DNA of 56,626 bases, the filler included, from Basidiobolus ranarum (Eukaryota): the NCBI GenBank assembly GCA_040143965.1. It is 6 parts of 6 records of this genome, joined end to end, with 100 filler letters (N's around TTAATTAATTAA, not from the genome) between each part and the next. Parts side by side here need not be neighbours in the genome. Positions count along the whole stretch, not along the records: positions 18,932 to 28,290 come from JASJQH010007712.1; positions 28,391 to 37,742 come from JASJQH010007713.1; positions 37,843 to 47,191 come from JASJQH010007714.1; 3 more parts are not named here. One strand, given 5' to 3'. Each line of letters opens with the position of its first letter. Within the stretch, counting starts at the first letter, position 1. The notes under the pieces were generated by a model. It searched no databases and was not told the DNA's origin. It was given only the letters and a program-made list of their open reading frames with translations. Shown piece by piece: positions 24,425-38,203 of the stretch. The position numbers were made by a program, and so were the translations under genes.

Positions 24425-27400
24425 ATGCCATTTCTTACCAAGTTTACTAAACCTTCCCTCGTTTCACAACTCTGGACTAAAAGAACAATCCATGAATATT
24501 CCCCTTTTCCACGACAGGACTATAGTGTTTGTGAAATTCTTGATAATCTATACATCTTTGCCGGTAGTATAGAAGATGTACCTCGAAACGATTTGGTTAT
24601 TATAAATTCACGTTAGTCACTTGTATATAACTCCATTACACCATGATACTAAATAATAGTCACATATATATAGGGAATCTTTCAAGCAAGGTGGTTGAAA
24701 CTACAGGAGAGATACCTTGTCCTCGTTCCGGCCACACCGCTTTAAATGTAGGAAAGCATATAATAAGTAAGTCAAAGTCTCTCATGATACCCAATTTCAA
24801 GAAGAAAAAATACTGATCAATATAATCTCTAGTTTTTGGCGGGGAAACGTTGAACAGTCGTTGGGATGATTCTTTATATTCATTTAATATTGGTACGTAT
24901 GATGATGTCTGACCTTGATTTTATCACACCCATTCACCAAGCCTCTCTAGAAAGTAAAACCTGGACTAGGTTGCCCATGCAGAGCAATTCCTTGGTGGGG
25001 AGAAGAGATCATTCTGCGGTAGCAGTCAAATCAATCATGTATTTATTCGGTGGCCAAGTAGATGGCTATTATCTCAATGATTTGGTTGCATTTGATACAA
25101 AGTCATGTATGTCACACTGGTTTCTATATATATCAAAGTTATATATGTTGTGGAATAATTGTTCTTATCATGTTTTACCCAGTGTCCACTCAGTGTCCCC
25201 GTTGGGACTACATCGCACCCGGTTACGAGAGTCCACCAGAGAGAGCCAGTCATTCAGCAGCGGTTTACAAAGATCGAATTTACATGTTAGTCTCGCATAA
25301 TCCAGATCATTCCAAAGGTTTTCGTTAATTCATTTATCTTTAGTTTCGGTGGTAAAGATACGGAACGATTTTTCAATGATCTCTGGTGCTATGATCCGGA
25401 ATCCAACACCTGGTCACAGATTATAGCGGACTATGGACCTTCGAAAAGAATAGGCCACACCGCTTGCATTTGTGATGATTTGATGTATATTTTGGGGGGT
25501 CAAGACGAATATGGAAAGTTTCTCAATGAGGTCTATGCATTCAATCTTCTGGGTACTGGTTCTTAATTTTGTCAAGTTTACCAATGGTACTTACTAATGC
25601 TTGGCATCGGTTTAGAGGAGACTTGGTTAGATGTCCCAAGTATTCAGTTAGATGTGACGGTGGCCAACAGCGTAAAGGCTTGCTTGATCCACGGGAAAAT
25701 CCACATCTTGGTTGGTGAATGCAACTCAGTGTATATCCTTGATACTGGTAAGTGGGATATTTCCTTAGCTCATTAGGTGTGAGATGCCTAACCAATGTTA
25801 GCGAAAGGTGGGGATGATGTGGAACTTCATTCAGGTGAGAACTATTTCTCAAACACACAGGTCCAGCAAACACCTGCCAAAGTATACAATGAGCAGCAAA
25901 TGAGAGGCCCTCCTGGTCAGGTAGAAGGCCATCGAGGTGGATCCACATATAACTTAGAAATTAGCCGGTTACTGACCCCTAGTCCAGTTCTATCTGAACC
26001 TAATCCGATTAAGGGTTCTTCAGGTCAAGGTTCTGGAAATGTGTCTCACATTAATCGAGTCCATAGCACCTCACAACTACAGGCCCCTTCCAATTATATA
26101 CTCAATAGTGGGAAACATAGTGATACAAAAACTTGCTTGAATTCAAGAGCCCCTGCACAACAATTAAATCCCTCGAGTGATACTATCAAGTGCTATAATA
26201 CCATACCATTATCCATTTCACCACCAAGTGGTAGTGGCCCTCTTGAATTCAAGAACTATCAGCAAAGTTCATTACGACTGGGTGAAGCCACCACTATCTT
26301 GGTAACCACTGAAGAGTCCAAAGTACAACTTGCAACTTTCGTTCCTCTTAGTCCTGAGAAGGTCCAACAATTTAAGTCAACTGAACCTGAAATGGCTAGA
26401 GCACAAGTTTTGAAACAAACCCCGCCTGTTAAAAATTTCCCTTCTTCCCTTGAAAACACTCTCAAATACACTGGAGGTATTCGAGCTGCTGAAAGTTTGA
26501 CTACTTTTATGAACTCTGACTTCAAACCATCTTCACCTACACAAAGTGTTCCTGTGCTTGAAACATATTCAGAGGAAAAAAATTATCTTACAAATGGTTT
26601 CAAAACTTCCGAGGATACCTCAGCCCCTACAACTAAAGAGAAAGTTGTCGGCCATGTTAAGAACTCTTCAACCTACATGAATATGTATCCCGAAAAAATT
26701 CACTCTATATTCGAGGAAAATCTGTCCAGTGAATTTGATGGTGAGGAAGAGGAGACCCATTCGAGAAATAAGTTTGGCACGTTGGAAAAGATTCCAGTGG
26801 CCCAATTCCCACCTGACACTGAAACGTTCAAGACTAACAAGGAGCCCATCAATTATAGCGCTACCTCCAAAGTTGTTTTGTGGAATAACGTACAAAAAAC
26901 TGTGTCAGAGAAAGCGGAGTATTTGACTAAGGAGGGATCCACTTTACCCAACTTGAAGTCATTACAAAAGGAACAAAGTGATCCAGAAAAGATCAAACTT
27001 CTTCAGGCTCTTCTCTTATTGAAAGAACAACTAAGTAAAGCGCAGGTTGGGATTTTTGAATAATTCTAACAAACATACCATCCATTTAACACTGATATTT
27101 GAATTCTCAGGTAAAAGTGGCTCAAAATTGTGAATACGCTGCTCAAAGAATTTCCGATGGAGAGAAACATCGTCAGGTGGCTCTACAAGAAGCGGCTTAT
27201 CTTAGAATGAAAATTTCAGCTATGAATAGTTCTTCCACCGAAAGCCTTTGTAAGATTGAGCAGGACCGTATCATCGAGTTAGAAAAAAGACTTGCTAAAG
27301 CCCTCGCTGAAAACCAATCACTTCTATCTAAAATCGACCTTCAAGCACAAGCGTCTGCAAAAGATCATGAAAATCGTCTCCTTGCAGAGGAGAGCTCAAA

Positions 27401-28290
27401 AAATAATCTGAACAGAGCCATCGAAGCAGAAAATAGTTGTCGTGTTGTGAAGGAAAAGTTCGCTACTTTGGAAGATACTCTGAAAAAGACGCAGCAAGCA
27501 GTCAGTGATGCTACCAGTAAAGCGTCTAAAGCTGAGGCTACTTTACATGCTAAAGAGACTGAATCCACGGTAATACTCGAACGTTTAGCCTCATTGGAGG
27601 AAACTTCGGCTCAGGAGATGCAAACCCGAGAATTGGCTTCTAATGTGGTGAATGCTGCTAATGAGCGTGCTAATGAGGCTGAAAGGATGTGGATGGACGC
27701 GCAACAAGAAATTCAAGCACTCGAAAAGGAATCCATCGAACTCCGCAAGACAATCGAGCAAAAATCTGAAGAACTGGCCAGAACACATTTCCAAGCAGGT
27801 GAAATGGAAACATTATGGCTTAATACCAAGCAACAGTTGGAGGCATTGGACTCTATTTCACAAGTCTTCCATAACTCCAAGAATCATTCTGAAGGAGGGA
27901 TTGAGGAAAAGCTCACGCGTGCTAACTATCGCATAACGGAGCTTGAGGCTGAATTGAATCTTCTACGTAAAGTTAAAGAGGACTCTCGAGATGTCATTGA
28001 AAAACTTGAAAGTGATAATTTCACTCTGACGCAGAAGATGGAGGACTTGGAGAAGAGACACCATGATGGACAATCTGATCTCAGCGAGCTTCGACTTCGA
28101 TTAGCAGATGCACAAGATAATGTTTATGAAATGAAATTACAACTCATGAATTCCCAGGATCTGTTAAGAGCCGAGTCGTTGGAACTCGAGGGTGCTCGAT
28201 TAAAGAAGACCCCTCTAGCGAAAATTAAGCCGGAGTTGGGAGGTACTGGGAGCAGATATGACCATCGGTTTTTTTCGCTTGCATGTGACA
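24425..28290 (+). CDS. Kelch-repeat plus coiled-coil cell-polarity protein (Kel1/Tea1-like), 3' truncated by the gap
   Basis: Spliced kelch repeats (PCPRSGHTAL, IFGG, GRRDHSAV..MYLFGGQVDGYYLNDL, PPERASHSA, FGGKD..FFNDLW), an S/T/P-rich linker, and a coiled coil containing EKHRQVALQEAAYLRMKISAM. Confidence 0.85.
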
Positions 28291-28390
28291 NNNNNNNNNN
28301 NNNNNNNNNNNNNNNNNNNNNNNNNNNNNNNNNNTTAATTAATTAANNNNNNNNNNNNNNNNNNNNNNNNNNNNNNNNNNNNNNNNNNNN
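28291..28390. other. Artificial contig-joining linker
   Basis: N44-TTAATTAATTAA-N44. Confidence 0.97.
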
Positions 28391-29291
28391 CTGATCTCAA
28401 TTCTAGGGCAATTATGAGGTTCCCAAACTCATCTGGTAGGCTCCCAAGTAGTGTCATGACTAAGTCATCTTCATTTAGAGGTGCTCCAATGGATGAGAGC
28501 TGATCTGCCATAGTTTTTATCTGAATTTATGATTAAGCATAGAATCATCAGCATTCATCTGGATTGAGAATAATTTTCACCTAAGATATAGCCTGTCAGC
28601 CAGACCTTTAGTCTCAAATAGTCCCTCAAGTGTTTACCAAGCATTTTGGATGTGTTTGGCTGATTGTATGTGCCTCAATTGAGAATCTCTGAGATGTAGA
28701 CAAAGTGTGGAGAGTGCTCTCCTGTGCTTCTTGTGAAAGGCAAGGATGGCTTATGGTGGTTGCTTTGGTTCTATTTCTTCCCCTGTAACAGATCCCCAAA
28801 GGTCCCTGTCTTCAAACACCATTTGCAACTTGAACTTCCAAAGGTGAAAGTCTTCACCATCAAACTTCTCAAAGGATGCAAAAACATTGCTATAGTACTG
28901 GTCGACATTCCTTTAACAGCTAGCTTGGGGCTCATAACCTGATAAAAGTGTTTAGGGGATTTGGAGGTATTTTGGATAAGATTTGGATTTGTGAATTAGA
29001 GACTTAAGTATTATTGAATTGAATATGTACTATTTATAGTTTACTATGAAGTAGAACTATTGGATGCTCTAAGATCATAACAAACATGCCTGTTAAGCAT
29101 GGGTGAAAATTTGAGGTGATTTGCAGAAGTTTTGAGAAAATAGTGAAAATTGGTAAAAGTGCTCTAATTGATAGAAATATCAATAAGAGCAATAAACACA
29201 TGTTTTTGAATGACAGAATTGAGTGCTAAATAATCAGAATATTAATAAACTAACTACCAAATAATGAGTTGCCATTAATCTAATTTTAACA
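28391..29291 (-). mobile_element. 5' end of a copia element: LTR 28940-29291, PBS 28928-28939, gag
   Basis: 352-bp LTR TGTTAAAATT...CTTTTATCA, then GGTTATGAGCCC, then gag FEKFDGEDFHLWKFKLQMV. Confidence 0.92.
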
Positions 29292-32200
29292 GAATTTTGT
29301 TGTGTTTAGTCTCTTTATAAGACATCCTTGACTGATCAGAAATAACCTAACAACATCGGTATGCTGTATGAGCAAAAAAATGGGGGGTAGGAAATTGCTG
29401 AACATCTGAAACTTAGAACGGTGCTGACACTTGACAAATAGCTGACTCTTGTTACTATTGACAAGGAGAACAAGCTTAAGGATTTTAGCAAATTTCCATA
29501 CAGTTGTAAGACAAAATATCCCAGATTGGTACTCAGTAAATGTCCTGCCACTAGTGGAAGTGACATTGCATGAACAAATTGCTCATGGCTAAAACAATAA
29601 TGGTGCATACAATGATATATCTCACCAAGAAGTCTGTCTTGCAGTTATCCCAGAAACTCCAGCAGAATATCACAAGAGCAAAATAGTCCTAATTTCAGAG
29701 ATACTAACTCTGTGGCCATGGATTGGGTTTATTACTGTTATTTTGCTCACACAATGAAAAGACTAAGGAGCACATTGAAAAGAGTCCTCTCTTGGAAGGT
29801 TAATATAGGCTGGAGTCTGCTTAACCCATTGAATTACATCTAGCAATGATTTTGTTGTTACAATATTAATCAGTTTACCATTCAGTTAAATCAATGATTT
29901 CACAAAAACCATCTTTTCACCTCAGGTACACTCCATTGGGAATTCTGAGAGTTTGTTGCAATGGCCTGTGTTAATACAAAACTTTCTCATGATTCCACTC
30001 CATATGTAAGCAAACCAATATCTCCAGTCTTGCAATGAAGTAAGACCAAAACAAACTGATGATAGTGGAAGTCCTGGTGACATAAGATGGTTTCTTAAAA
30101 ATTTCAAGTATTTTCCCAGTCAATTCACACTTTGCTCCTATCTTGTACAGCTTAATAAGATTGAATATCCCACTAAACATCAAAGTAGGTAGTATTTTCA
30201 ATGATGTTGAATAGTAAGCTCATCATGCCACTTTAGAAGCTCAGGCTCCAGCAGATACCCCTTAACAATATATCATTTGACCTAAAACTAATGGCAAGTT
30301 TGATGTTGGACTGACTATTTAGCATGTAGATTTCAGTGAGCATGTCAAACTCCTGCCAAGCTCTCAATAGTAAAATCAGGTACTTTAGTGATTTATCTGA
30401 ATAGTACTAATGCATATGCCTGACATAGTAAGCCCCATTGATCTTACAGAATCTAAAGCAGGAAAGTGCATTAGTGCCCCCACAGCCTCCAAGTTTACAA
30501 AGGGTAGATGGGTCTCAAATACATACAATTATGTTAGCTTTAAAAAAGTATACACTTATCTGAACCTCCTTTGCTAACCTGTAAAATTCCACAATTATGG
30601 GCACCAAGAAGTTATCTCTAAGCTCTGGTGATTTAGGTCAAGCTATGATGTATAGTATCACAATATTATGACACTGATACTGTCCAGAAGGAGAAACATA
30701 CATGTTAACTACATTTATTTGCCTGAAAGCCTTTTCTATAGCATATTTACTTAGTGGGAAATCTTCATGCGCAAAGTGCAAAAAATATATGATTATACAT
30801 ATTTGCAAAATAACCTTAACTTTTCAGATTCTGGTAGTGACATCTGTCAAATATATTGCTAATACCATCAACCTTATAGTGAGTACTTTGATACCAGAGC
30901 AATATTCAGGAGATTTCATCAATAGTTTAAGTCAAGCCAGCAATGGTAGGTATGCCCAATATGACCAATATTTGCTTGACTCAATGCTTGCCAATTGTGT
31001 ACAAACAGTACATGCCTTCAGGTTTTTTTTTGACCAAAATTGAATTTATTTGATTTGGATAGGATGCATCCCTCTGGCACACAAAACCATCAGAGGACTG
31101 TTGCAATATCTATGGTTTGTATTCTGCAAGATATTTTTGTGGTATGTTGGTAGCTTCTTAATGGTATTTCAATGGTAATCACACAATCTAAAACAATAAT
31201 CCTGCATAGTGGGCATATGTTATTCAATTTCTAATAATATTTGGAAAAAACCAGTTTTGAATAGCAAATTATTGGGCTATTTCCAAAGGAATTTGTGGTA
31301 ATATCCAGACCTTCATTTATAAAATTTAGGCCTTGGTTTCCAGCCATTTTTGGAATCAAAAAATTCAAGAATCTTGGTGTTTATGGTCTTTGCAAATGTG
31401 TATATTTGATTTATGGGACATAATTTTACTATATCAATATGATTTACCAGTAATCAGATGTGGGAGAAATTGCTGAACATCAGAAGTTTATATTGGTACT
31501 AGAACTTTGCCCAAAGCTAACTCTTGTAATTGTTGACATTAAGAATAAGCTCATGGATTATAGTAAATTTCCATAATGAAATCTGTCAAAAGATCCCAGA
31601 CTTATATGGATAGAGCACATTAAGAAGAGCCTTGAGTTGGAAGGTTGATATAGTCTGGAGTCTCCTCAACCCTACTGGAAATAGCATTGCCAAAACACTG
31701 ATATAGTCTTATATATCCTAATCTGTAGTCATCAGATGCTTCACCAAGATAATGCCACTATCTTGCTTGGAAGTCACTTGGAATATTTTTACCAACTTAA
31801 AAGCTCTCATGCATTTAGATTTTCAAGCTTGTGCTAAAAGTCCCAAACTTGGCACACAGTTCCTATTACCTCCCTAAACATATTCTATAAGGTAACTAGT
31901 TCACATCTTGACAAAACAGGCTTATAGCTAATCACTAGTTTGATGTTAGATGACTATCTGCTGACTTGATCTCTAAGTGCATGTTAAAGCTCAACCATGC
32001 TCTCAATAGTAATGTTATGGAGTTTTTTGTTGAATTTGGATATTAGTAATGTGTATACTTGGTAGAGTAAACTTCACTTATCTGACAGAATCTGCAGCAA
32101 GATAGTGCATTGTGCCCTCAAAGACCTCCTAGTTTACTTATGGTAGGTGTATCACAGGTGAACACAGTGATATTAATTTGAATAAAATATGCACCCATTC

Positions 32201-32995
32201 AAACACCATTCGATGCCCTTTCAAATTCCTCAATTAAAGGCCCCAAGAAGCTATCTGAGATCAGTGTTGACTTAGGTCCTGATCTGATGCATAATATCAA
32301 GATATCAAGGCACTAATACCATTCAGAAGGAGCATTATTTAAGTTAATTAAAATATTGGCCATCAAACCTTTCCAATTGTATATATGCTTTGTATAAAAC
32401 CATTCAGAGCTAATGGGAATGCATAATCAAATGTGTCCTTAAAGAACCTTTGCCTTTTCAGATTTAGATATTCATGTCAATCAAGTATAGTGATAATACC
32501 ATCAGCTTAACAGTGAATACTATGGTATCTAATCAATGATATATATCAGAGAGATTTCATTAATACTTTAAGACCAGTTGTCAACGGTATGTGTGCAAAA
32601 TATGAAAAATATTTACCTGATTCCATCATTACCAATTGGATGCAAATAGTTCATGACTTCAGGTTTTTCAGATCACCGGCAAAAGCTAAACAACCACCTG
32701 GACTGATGGTAGATAAATTCTGGAGAGGTTTTAACTTATATTATTCTAATCATTCAAATGTAATAACTCTAAGCTATCATCACTTTCATTAGTGTTACCA
32801 AAACTTTGAAGTAGAACACAGCCAATGAACTTGTGGGCAAAATAACTGATCTCTGTGCATTTATTATTAATAATACTCACCAGGCTTTGCACAGCTGGTG
32901 GCTTTGTATGGATACATGCCTCTGATTATTTTTTCTACGGAGCCTCCTAATTTCATAGTATAGAAATTTGCAACAATCACAGCTTGGCTTCTTTA
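29292..32995 (-). mobile_element. Two tandem, decayed CACTA/EnSpm (Tnp2-family) transposase remnants (about 29340-31440 and 31450-32990)
   Basis: Minus-strand translation gives AYLPLLA*LKLLMKSPE, GISNIFDRCHYQNL, GPKSTLISDSFLGPLIEEFERASNGV, NALSCFRFCKING and LQDWRYWFAY, which are typical Tnp2 motifs. The two halves are mutually similar. No TIRs seen. Confidence 0.75.
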
Positions 32996-35970
32996 TATTG
33001 AAATTAGATAAATAGAACTCATTAACTAGTAGTTAGTTTATTTGTGTTCCAGTTATTTAGCACTCAATCCTGCAACTCAAAAATGTGAGTTTAATGCTCT
33101 AATTGATAAATATATCAATTAGATTACTTTTGCCAATGGTCACTATTTACTCAAAATTTCTCCAAATTACCATATATTTGCACCCAAGCTTTACATGAAT
33201 GTTTGTTATGATGTAAGCATGTCCAATTATTCTATTTCATGGTAAACTGTGAATAGGATGTATTCAATTCAATAAAACCCAAGTGTCTAATTGACAAATC
33301 CAGATCTTGTCCAAAACACTTCCAAAACTCCTAAACACTTTTATCAATTAATGAGCCCAAGTCAGCTTTTAAAGGAAAGTCAACCAGTAATATTATCAAT
33401 GTTTTTGTATCCACAGAGAAATCTGATGGTGACAACTTTCACCTTTGGAAGTTCATGTTGCCAATTGTGCTAGACAGCAAGGACCTTTGGTATTTGTAAC
33501 AAATGACAAAGTAGAGCCAAAAGGACTATCAAAATGTATCCTTGTCCTGCACAAAAAACAGAGGAAAACACCCTCTGCACTTTGTCTATATCTCAGAGAC
33601 TCTCAATGCGGGAACACATGCTTAACCAAAAATGTCCAAATTGCTTAGGAAACAATTAAGGGACTTTATATGAGACTGGATGTCTGTCTAATAGAATGTA
33701 CATTAAGTGCAATTTACTCTCTTTAAATGAAATTTACTCCCAATTCAGATGAATTCTGATGGGTCAATGGCTAAATATATAAATTGGATCAAAAACTATG
33801 CTAGATCAGCTCTTGTCCATTGAAGTACCTCTAAATGAAGATGACCTAGTCATGACACTACTTGATAGCAGGCAGGAGGAGATTTGAAAACTCACAATTG
33901 CCACAAAATCAAGATCAGAGCAAGTAACAATTGAATATGTTGGTGCCAGGCTTTTGAACAAGGAATTGAGGAGATCTAATTCTCAGCAAAATAAAGCAGA
34001 TCAGGCACTTTTTGGAGCTATCAAATGTCCAATAGGCTTCAAAAATGGTGCTCCTAATAGGAAATTAATCACTTACAAGTAATGCAGGAAACCAGCCCAT
34101 TTAATCAATGATTACAGAAGAAAGAGTGTTGCTGCAAAGCTAAAATTGGAACATGCAAATCAAGTGTGCACTGATAGGGAGCATCTATTTGTGTCTGCCC
34201 TATCAGTAACCACTCAGGATGACTCAGAAATTTGGTTCACTGTTTCACAGCTTCACCACATACATCAAACAATAAACAATGGTTTTCCGGCTTAAAACCC
34301 ATCCAAACAAGGAAAGTCTACTTAGGAGAAGAACATGCACTAGATTCAGTTGGTAAGGGAAAAGCTGTACATAACTTAGAGCCAAATCCAGCTACACCAT
34401 TTGAAAAATGTGTTGCACTTTTCTATGTACCAAATATGTCTGACAATCTGCTCTCAGTAAGGCAACCAACAGCTCAAGGACTAATTTTGGCATTCAGCAT
34501 GCCTGGATGTACTATCATGCTCAGAATAACACCAAATTAGCCACTGGAATCAAAACTCAAAACTTCTACAAGCTAGAAATCAACAAATTGCATTGTGAGC
34601 ATGCAAAGTGGACAAAAACAAGTCACAAAGCTGTGAAACCTGTCATAGAAGATTGGGCACCATTGGGGAACAAAAACTGACCTAAATGATCCAAAAGCAG
34701 GTGGTGCTGGCCTAGAAATTGAGGATATCACCATATTGCATCTGTGTGAATGTTGCATATATTGAAAACATCACAGTGAGTAAATTTCAGATGGAGTGAA
34801 ATGGTAGAAAAAAATGCTCTGAAGCATGTGCTAGTTTATATTCTAAACATGGAATTAAGCAACAAATCAGGGTACCTTATACTTCACAGCAAGATGGAAT
34901 TTCAGAACATGATAATACAACCATAGTGGAGATAGAAAATTACTGTCACATGATCAAAAGTTGGATTAACATACTGAGGCTAAATCCATATCCACTGCAG
35001 TCCATATCAAAAAGAGATGTGCAGCAAGATTGCTAAGAATTTCTATACCATTCAAAGCTCTATAGGGATCAAAACCAAGTGTGGATCATATCAGGATCAT
35101 TGGTTGCACAGCATATTGCCTAATTCAAGATCAAACATGCTTTTACTTGAAACCCACAGGTGCTAAATGTACTTTTTTTGGGTTACTGTGATGGATCTAA
35201 AACCTACAAACTGTTTGATAGCAAACATCAGAATTAATTAAGTGCACAGATGTAATTTTTGAAGAAAAAGCACATTTTTCACCTGAAATGACAGTTCTTG
35301 ATCCAATAGGCACAATCCACACTATTCATGAAGTGTCTAACCAAATTCCAGTTGTATTGGTGTTCAAGTTTACCAATATTCTAGGTCAAATTACATGGAG
35401 GGTTGCTGTAGGACCTAGAAGATAATTCAGAAAGGAGGAATAAGCCAGGGAACTGGTGGAACACTTCCAATAAAAGATGTCTATGCATATGCAGCATTCT
35501 GTGAGAAGTCATAGACTCTTGATCCAGCTCTGGAGTGTCCAGAATCAAAAACATTGGAAAAAGAAATGTCAGACAGGTCTTCTTCTCTTTGGGACAATAA
35601 AACATGTATTACAAGTCCTCTAACAACAGGAAGAAACCCAATAACTTGCAGATGGGTCTACAAAGTCAAGAACCAAGCTGATTAAAGCTAAGAATGGTAC
35701 AAAGTAAATTAGTTGCAAATTGTATATCCCAGACCCCAGGAGTTGCTTTTAATGAAATGTTTGCTTCAGTAGCTAAGCTTAGCTCCATTTGATCAATCCT
35801 GGCACTCCCGGCAATCCATAATCTTGATTTACATCAAATGGATGTAAGAACAGCCTTTCCAAAAGAAAATCTAGAAGAAGATATCTTCACAGAGCAACTA
35901 GATTATATTTTTGACCCAAAAACCCTGATACGGTCTGTTTATGGCCAATATTGCTATATGAACTCAAGCA
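32996..35970 (+). mobile_element. Decayed copia element (LTR 32996-33346, eroded PBS, gag-PR-IN-partial RT), interrupted in RT
   Basis: LTR TATTGAAATT...TTTTATCA; internal sequence collinear with the other copies; breaks at LYELKQ where a new LTR starts. Confidence 0.9.
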
Positions 35971-37742
35971 TGTTGAAATTAGGTTAATAGCTTTTCATTA
36001 TTTATTAGGTTAATAGCTTTTCATTATTTATTAGTTAGTTTGGTCATATTCTGATTATTTAGTCCTCAATTCTGTCATTCAAGAATATATGTTTATTGCT
36101 TTAATTGCTAGAAATATCAATCAGATCACCTTTATCAATTTTCACCATTTTATCAAAACTACTCCAAATCATCTCAAGTTTTCACCCATGCTTAACAGGC
36201 ATGATTGTTATGATATAAGCATGTCCAATAGTCCTATTTCATAACAAATAATAAATAGGACATTTTCAATTTAATAAAATTGAAGTGTCTGATTCACATA
36301 TCCAAATCTTGTCCAAAATGCTTCCAAATATCCTGAACTCTTCAGCAGGTTATGAACCACAAGCTAGATTTTAAAGGAATGTTTGCCAGTACTATTACTA
36401 ACATTTTTGCATCCGCAGTCAAGTTTGATGGGCAAGACTTTCACATTTGGAAGTTCCAGATGCAAGTGGTGCTTGAAGACAAGGACCTTTGGGGATTTGT
36501 AACAGGAGAAGAAATAGAGCCAAAGTGACTACCAGAAGCTATCTTTGCCTTTTACAAGAAGCAGAAGAAAGAACTCTCTACACTTTGGCTATATCTCTCA
36601 GACTCTTAAGTAAGACATATACAATCAGCCTAAGACATCCAAAAGGCTTGGGAAACACTTGAGGGTTTATTCAAGACTAAAAGTCTGGCTAATAGGCTAT
36701 ATAATAGGTGAAAATATTTCTCAATTCAGATGGATTCTGATTATTCTATGCTTAATCATATAAGTCAGATAAAAACTATGACTAATCAGCTCTCATCCTT
36801 TGGAGCACCTCTAAATGAAGATGAATAGTCATGACACTGCTTGAGAGTCTGCCAGACAGGTTTGCAATCCTCATAATTGCCCTAGAATGAAGATCAAAGC
36901 CACAAACAATGGAATATGCTGGTGCTAGGCTTTTGAATCAGGAATTAAGGAGATCTAATTCTCAGCAAAATAACTCAGAACAGGCATTTTTTGGAGCTGT
37001 CAAACATGAAACAGGCTTCAAAAATGGTGCCTCTAATAGAAAATCAATCTTCTGCAAGTAATACAAGAAACCAGGCCATATAATCAAAGATTGCACAAAA
37101 AGGATTTTTGCCAAAAAGCCAAAATTGAAACAACCAAATCAAGTAGCACTGATAGGGATCATCTATTTGTGTCTGCCCTGTCACTAACCACTAAAGAAGA
37201 CTCAGAATTGTGGTAAATTGATTCACAAGCTTCTGAGCATATGTCAAAAACGAAACAATGGTTATGGCTTACAACCCATCCAAACCAGGAAAGTCTACTT
37301 AGGTGAATACTATGCACTAGATGCAGTTGGTAAGGGTGCAGTTGTGCTTAATTTAGACCAAAATTCAGCTATACCATCTGTAAAATTGGATGAAGTGCTC
37401 TATGTACTAATTATATCCACAAATTTACTCTTAGTAAGCCAAACAACAACATAAGGGCCAAAGTTTGTGTTCAGCAAGGCTGGATGCACTGTCACTAATC
37501 AGAATAACATCAAATTAGCTACTGGGATCCACACTTAAAATTTATATAAGCTGTAAATCAACAAGCTGCATTCTGAGCATGCAAACTTGGCCAAAACCAG
37601 TGATATAAGCTGACAAACATGGCATAGAAGAATTGGCCACATTGAGAAACAAAAATGGCCCCAAATGCTCCAAAATCAGCTTGTTTCAGGCATAAAAATT
37701 GAAAATATCACTATATTGGATCTGGGGGAGGATTGCATATAT
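35971..37742 (+). mobile_element. Copia element nested in the preceding one (LTR 35971-36347, PBS from 36348, gag-PR)
   Basis: TGTTGAAATT start, with a 26-nt tandem duplication inside the LTR (35979-36030). PBS reads GGTTATGAACC. Gag FDGQDFHIWKFQMQVVLEDKDLWGFVTG; WHRRIGH. Confidence 0.9.
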
Positions 37743-37842
37743 NNNNNNNNNNNNNNNNNNNNNNNNNNNNNNNNNNNNNNNNNNNNTTAATTAATTAANN
37801 NNNNNNNNNNNNNNNNNNNNNNNNNNNNNNNNNNNNNNNNNN
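37743..37842. other. Artificial contig-joining linker
   Basis: N44-TTAATTAATTAA-N44. Confidence 0.97.
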
Positions 37843-37921
37843 GTTTGGTGGGAAATCCAGTGTCATAAATTATACCCAAAGGCACAAGGGTTCTTTCTTT
37901 CCGCCACTAACATCTGTGAAG

Positions 37922-37991
37922 GTAAGGATTAATTCCATCCATCCAAGTTATCGCTCGTTATTTTTAACGCTGTTTGCTCTTTCCTATATAG
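37922..37991 (+). other. Predicted 5' UTR intron of RPL29
   Basis: AG|GTAAGG ... TTTAAC ... pyrimidine tract ... TATAG, 70 nt, ending 23 nt before the ATG. Confidence 0.75.
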
Positions 37992-38014
37992 TTTCACTGA
38001 AGTTGTAAGCAAAC

Positions 38015-38203
38015 ATGGCCAAGTCCAAGAACCACACCAACCACAACCAAAACCGCAAGGCTCACCGTAACGGTATCAAGAAGCCTAGAGCCCAACGTCA
38101 TCCTTCTCTCAGAGGTGTTGATCCTAAGTTCCTTCGTAACCAACGTTTTGCCAAGAAGGGTACTCAAGCTGCCGTTAGAGCTGCCAAAGATGCTCAACAA
38201 TAA
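38015..38203 (+). CDS. RPL29: 60S ribosomal protein eL29
   Basis: [24 protein letters not shown]...[16 protein letters not shown], with strong codon bias. Confidence 0.98.
   Translation: MAKSKNHTNHNQNRKAHRNGIKKPRAQRHPSLRGVDPKFLRNQRFAKKGTQAAVRAAKDAQQ

Noticed and set aside
25541-27936. Antisense and alternative-frame ORFs over the kelch gene
   Set aside because: Shadow ORFs of a long coding region, with no independent motifs.
28200-28346. ORF extension to 28346 and the odd tail KKTPLAKIKPELGG as a real C-terminus
   Set aside because: The frame runs into Ns and the linker; contig-end sequence is unreliable.
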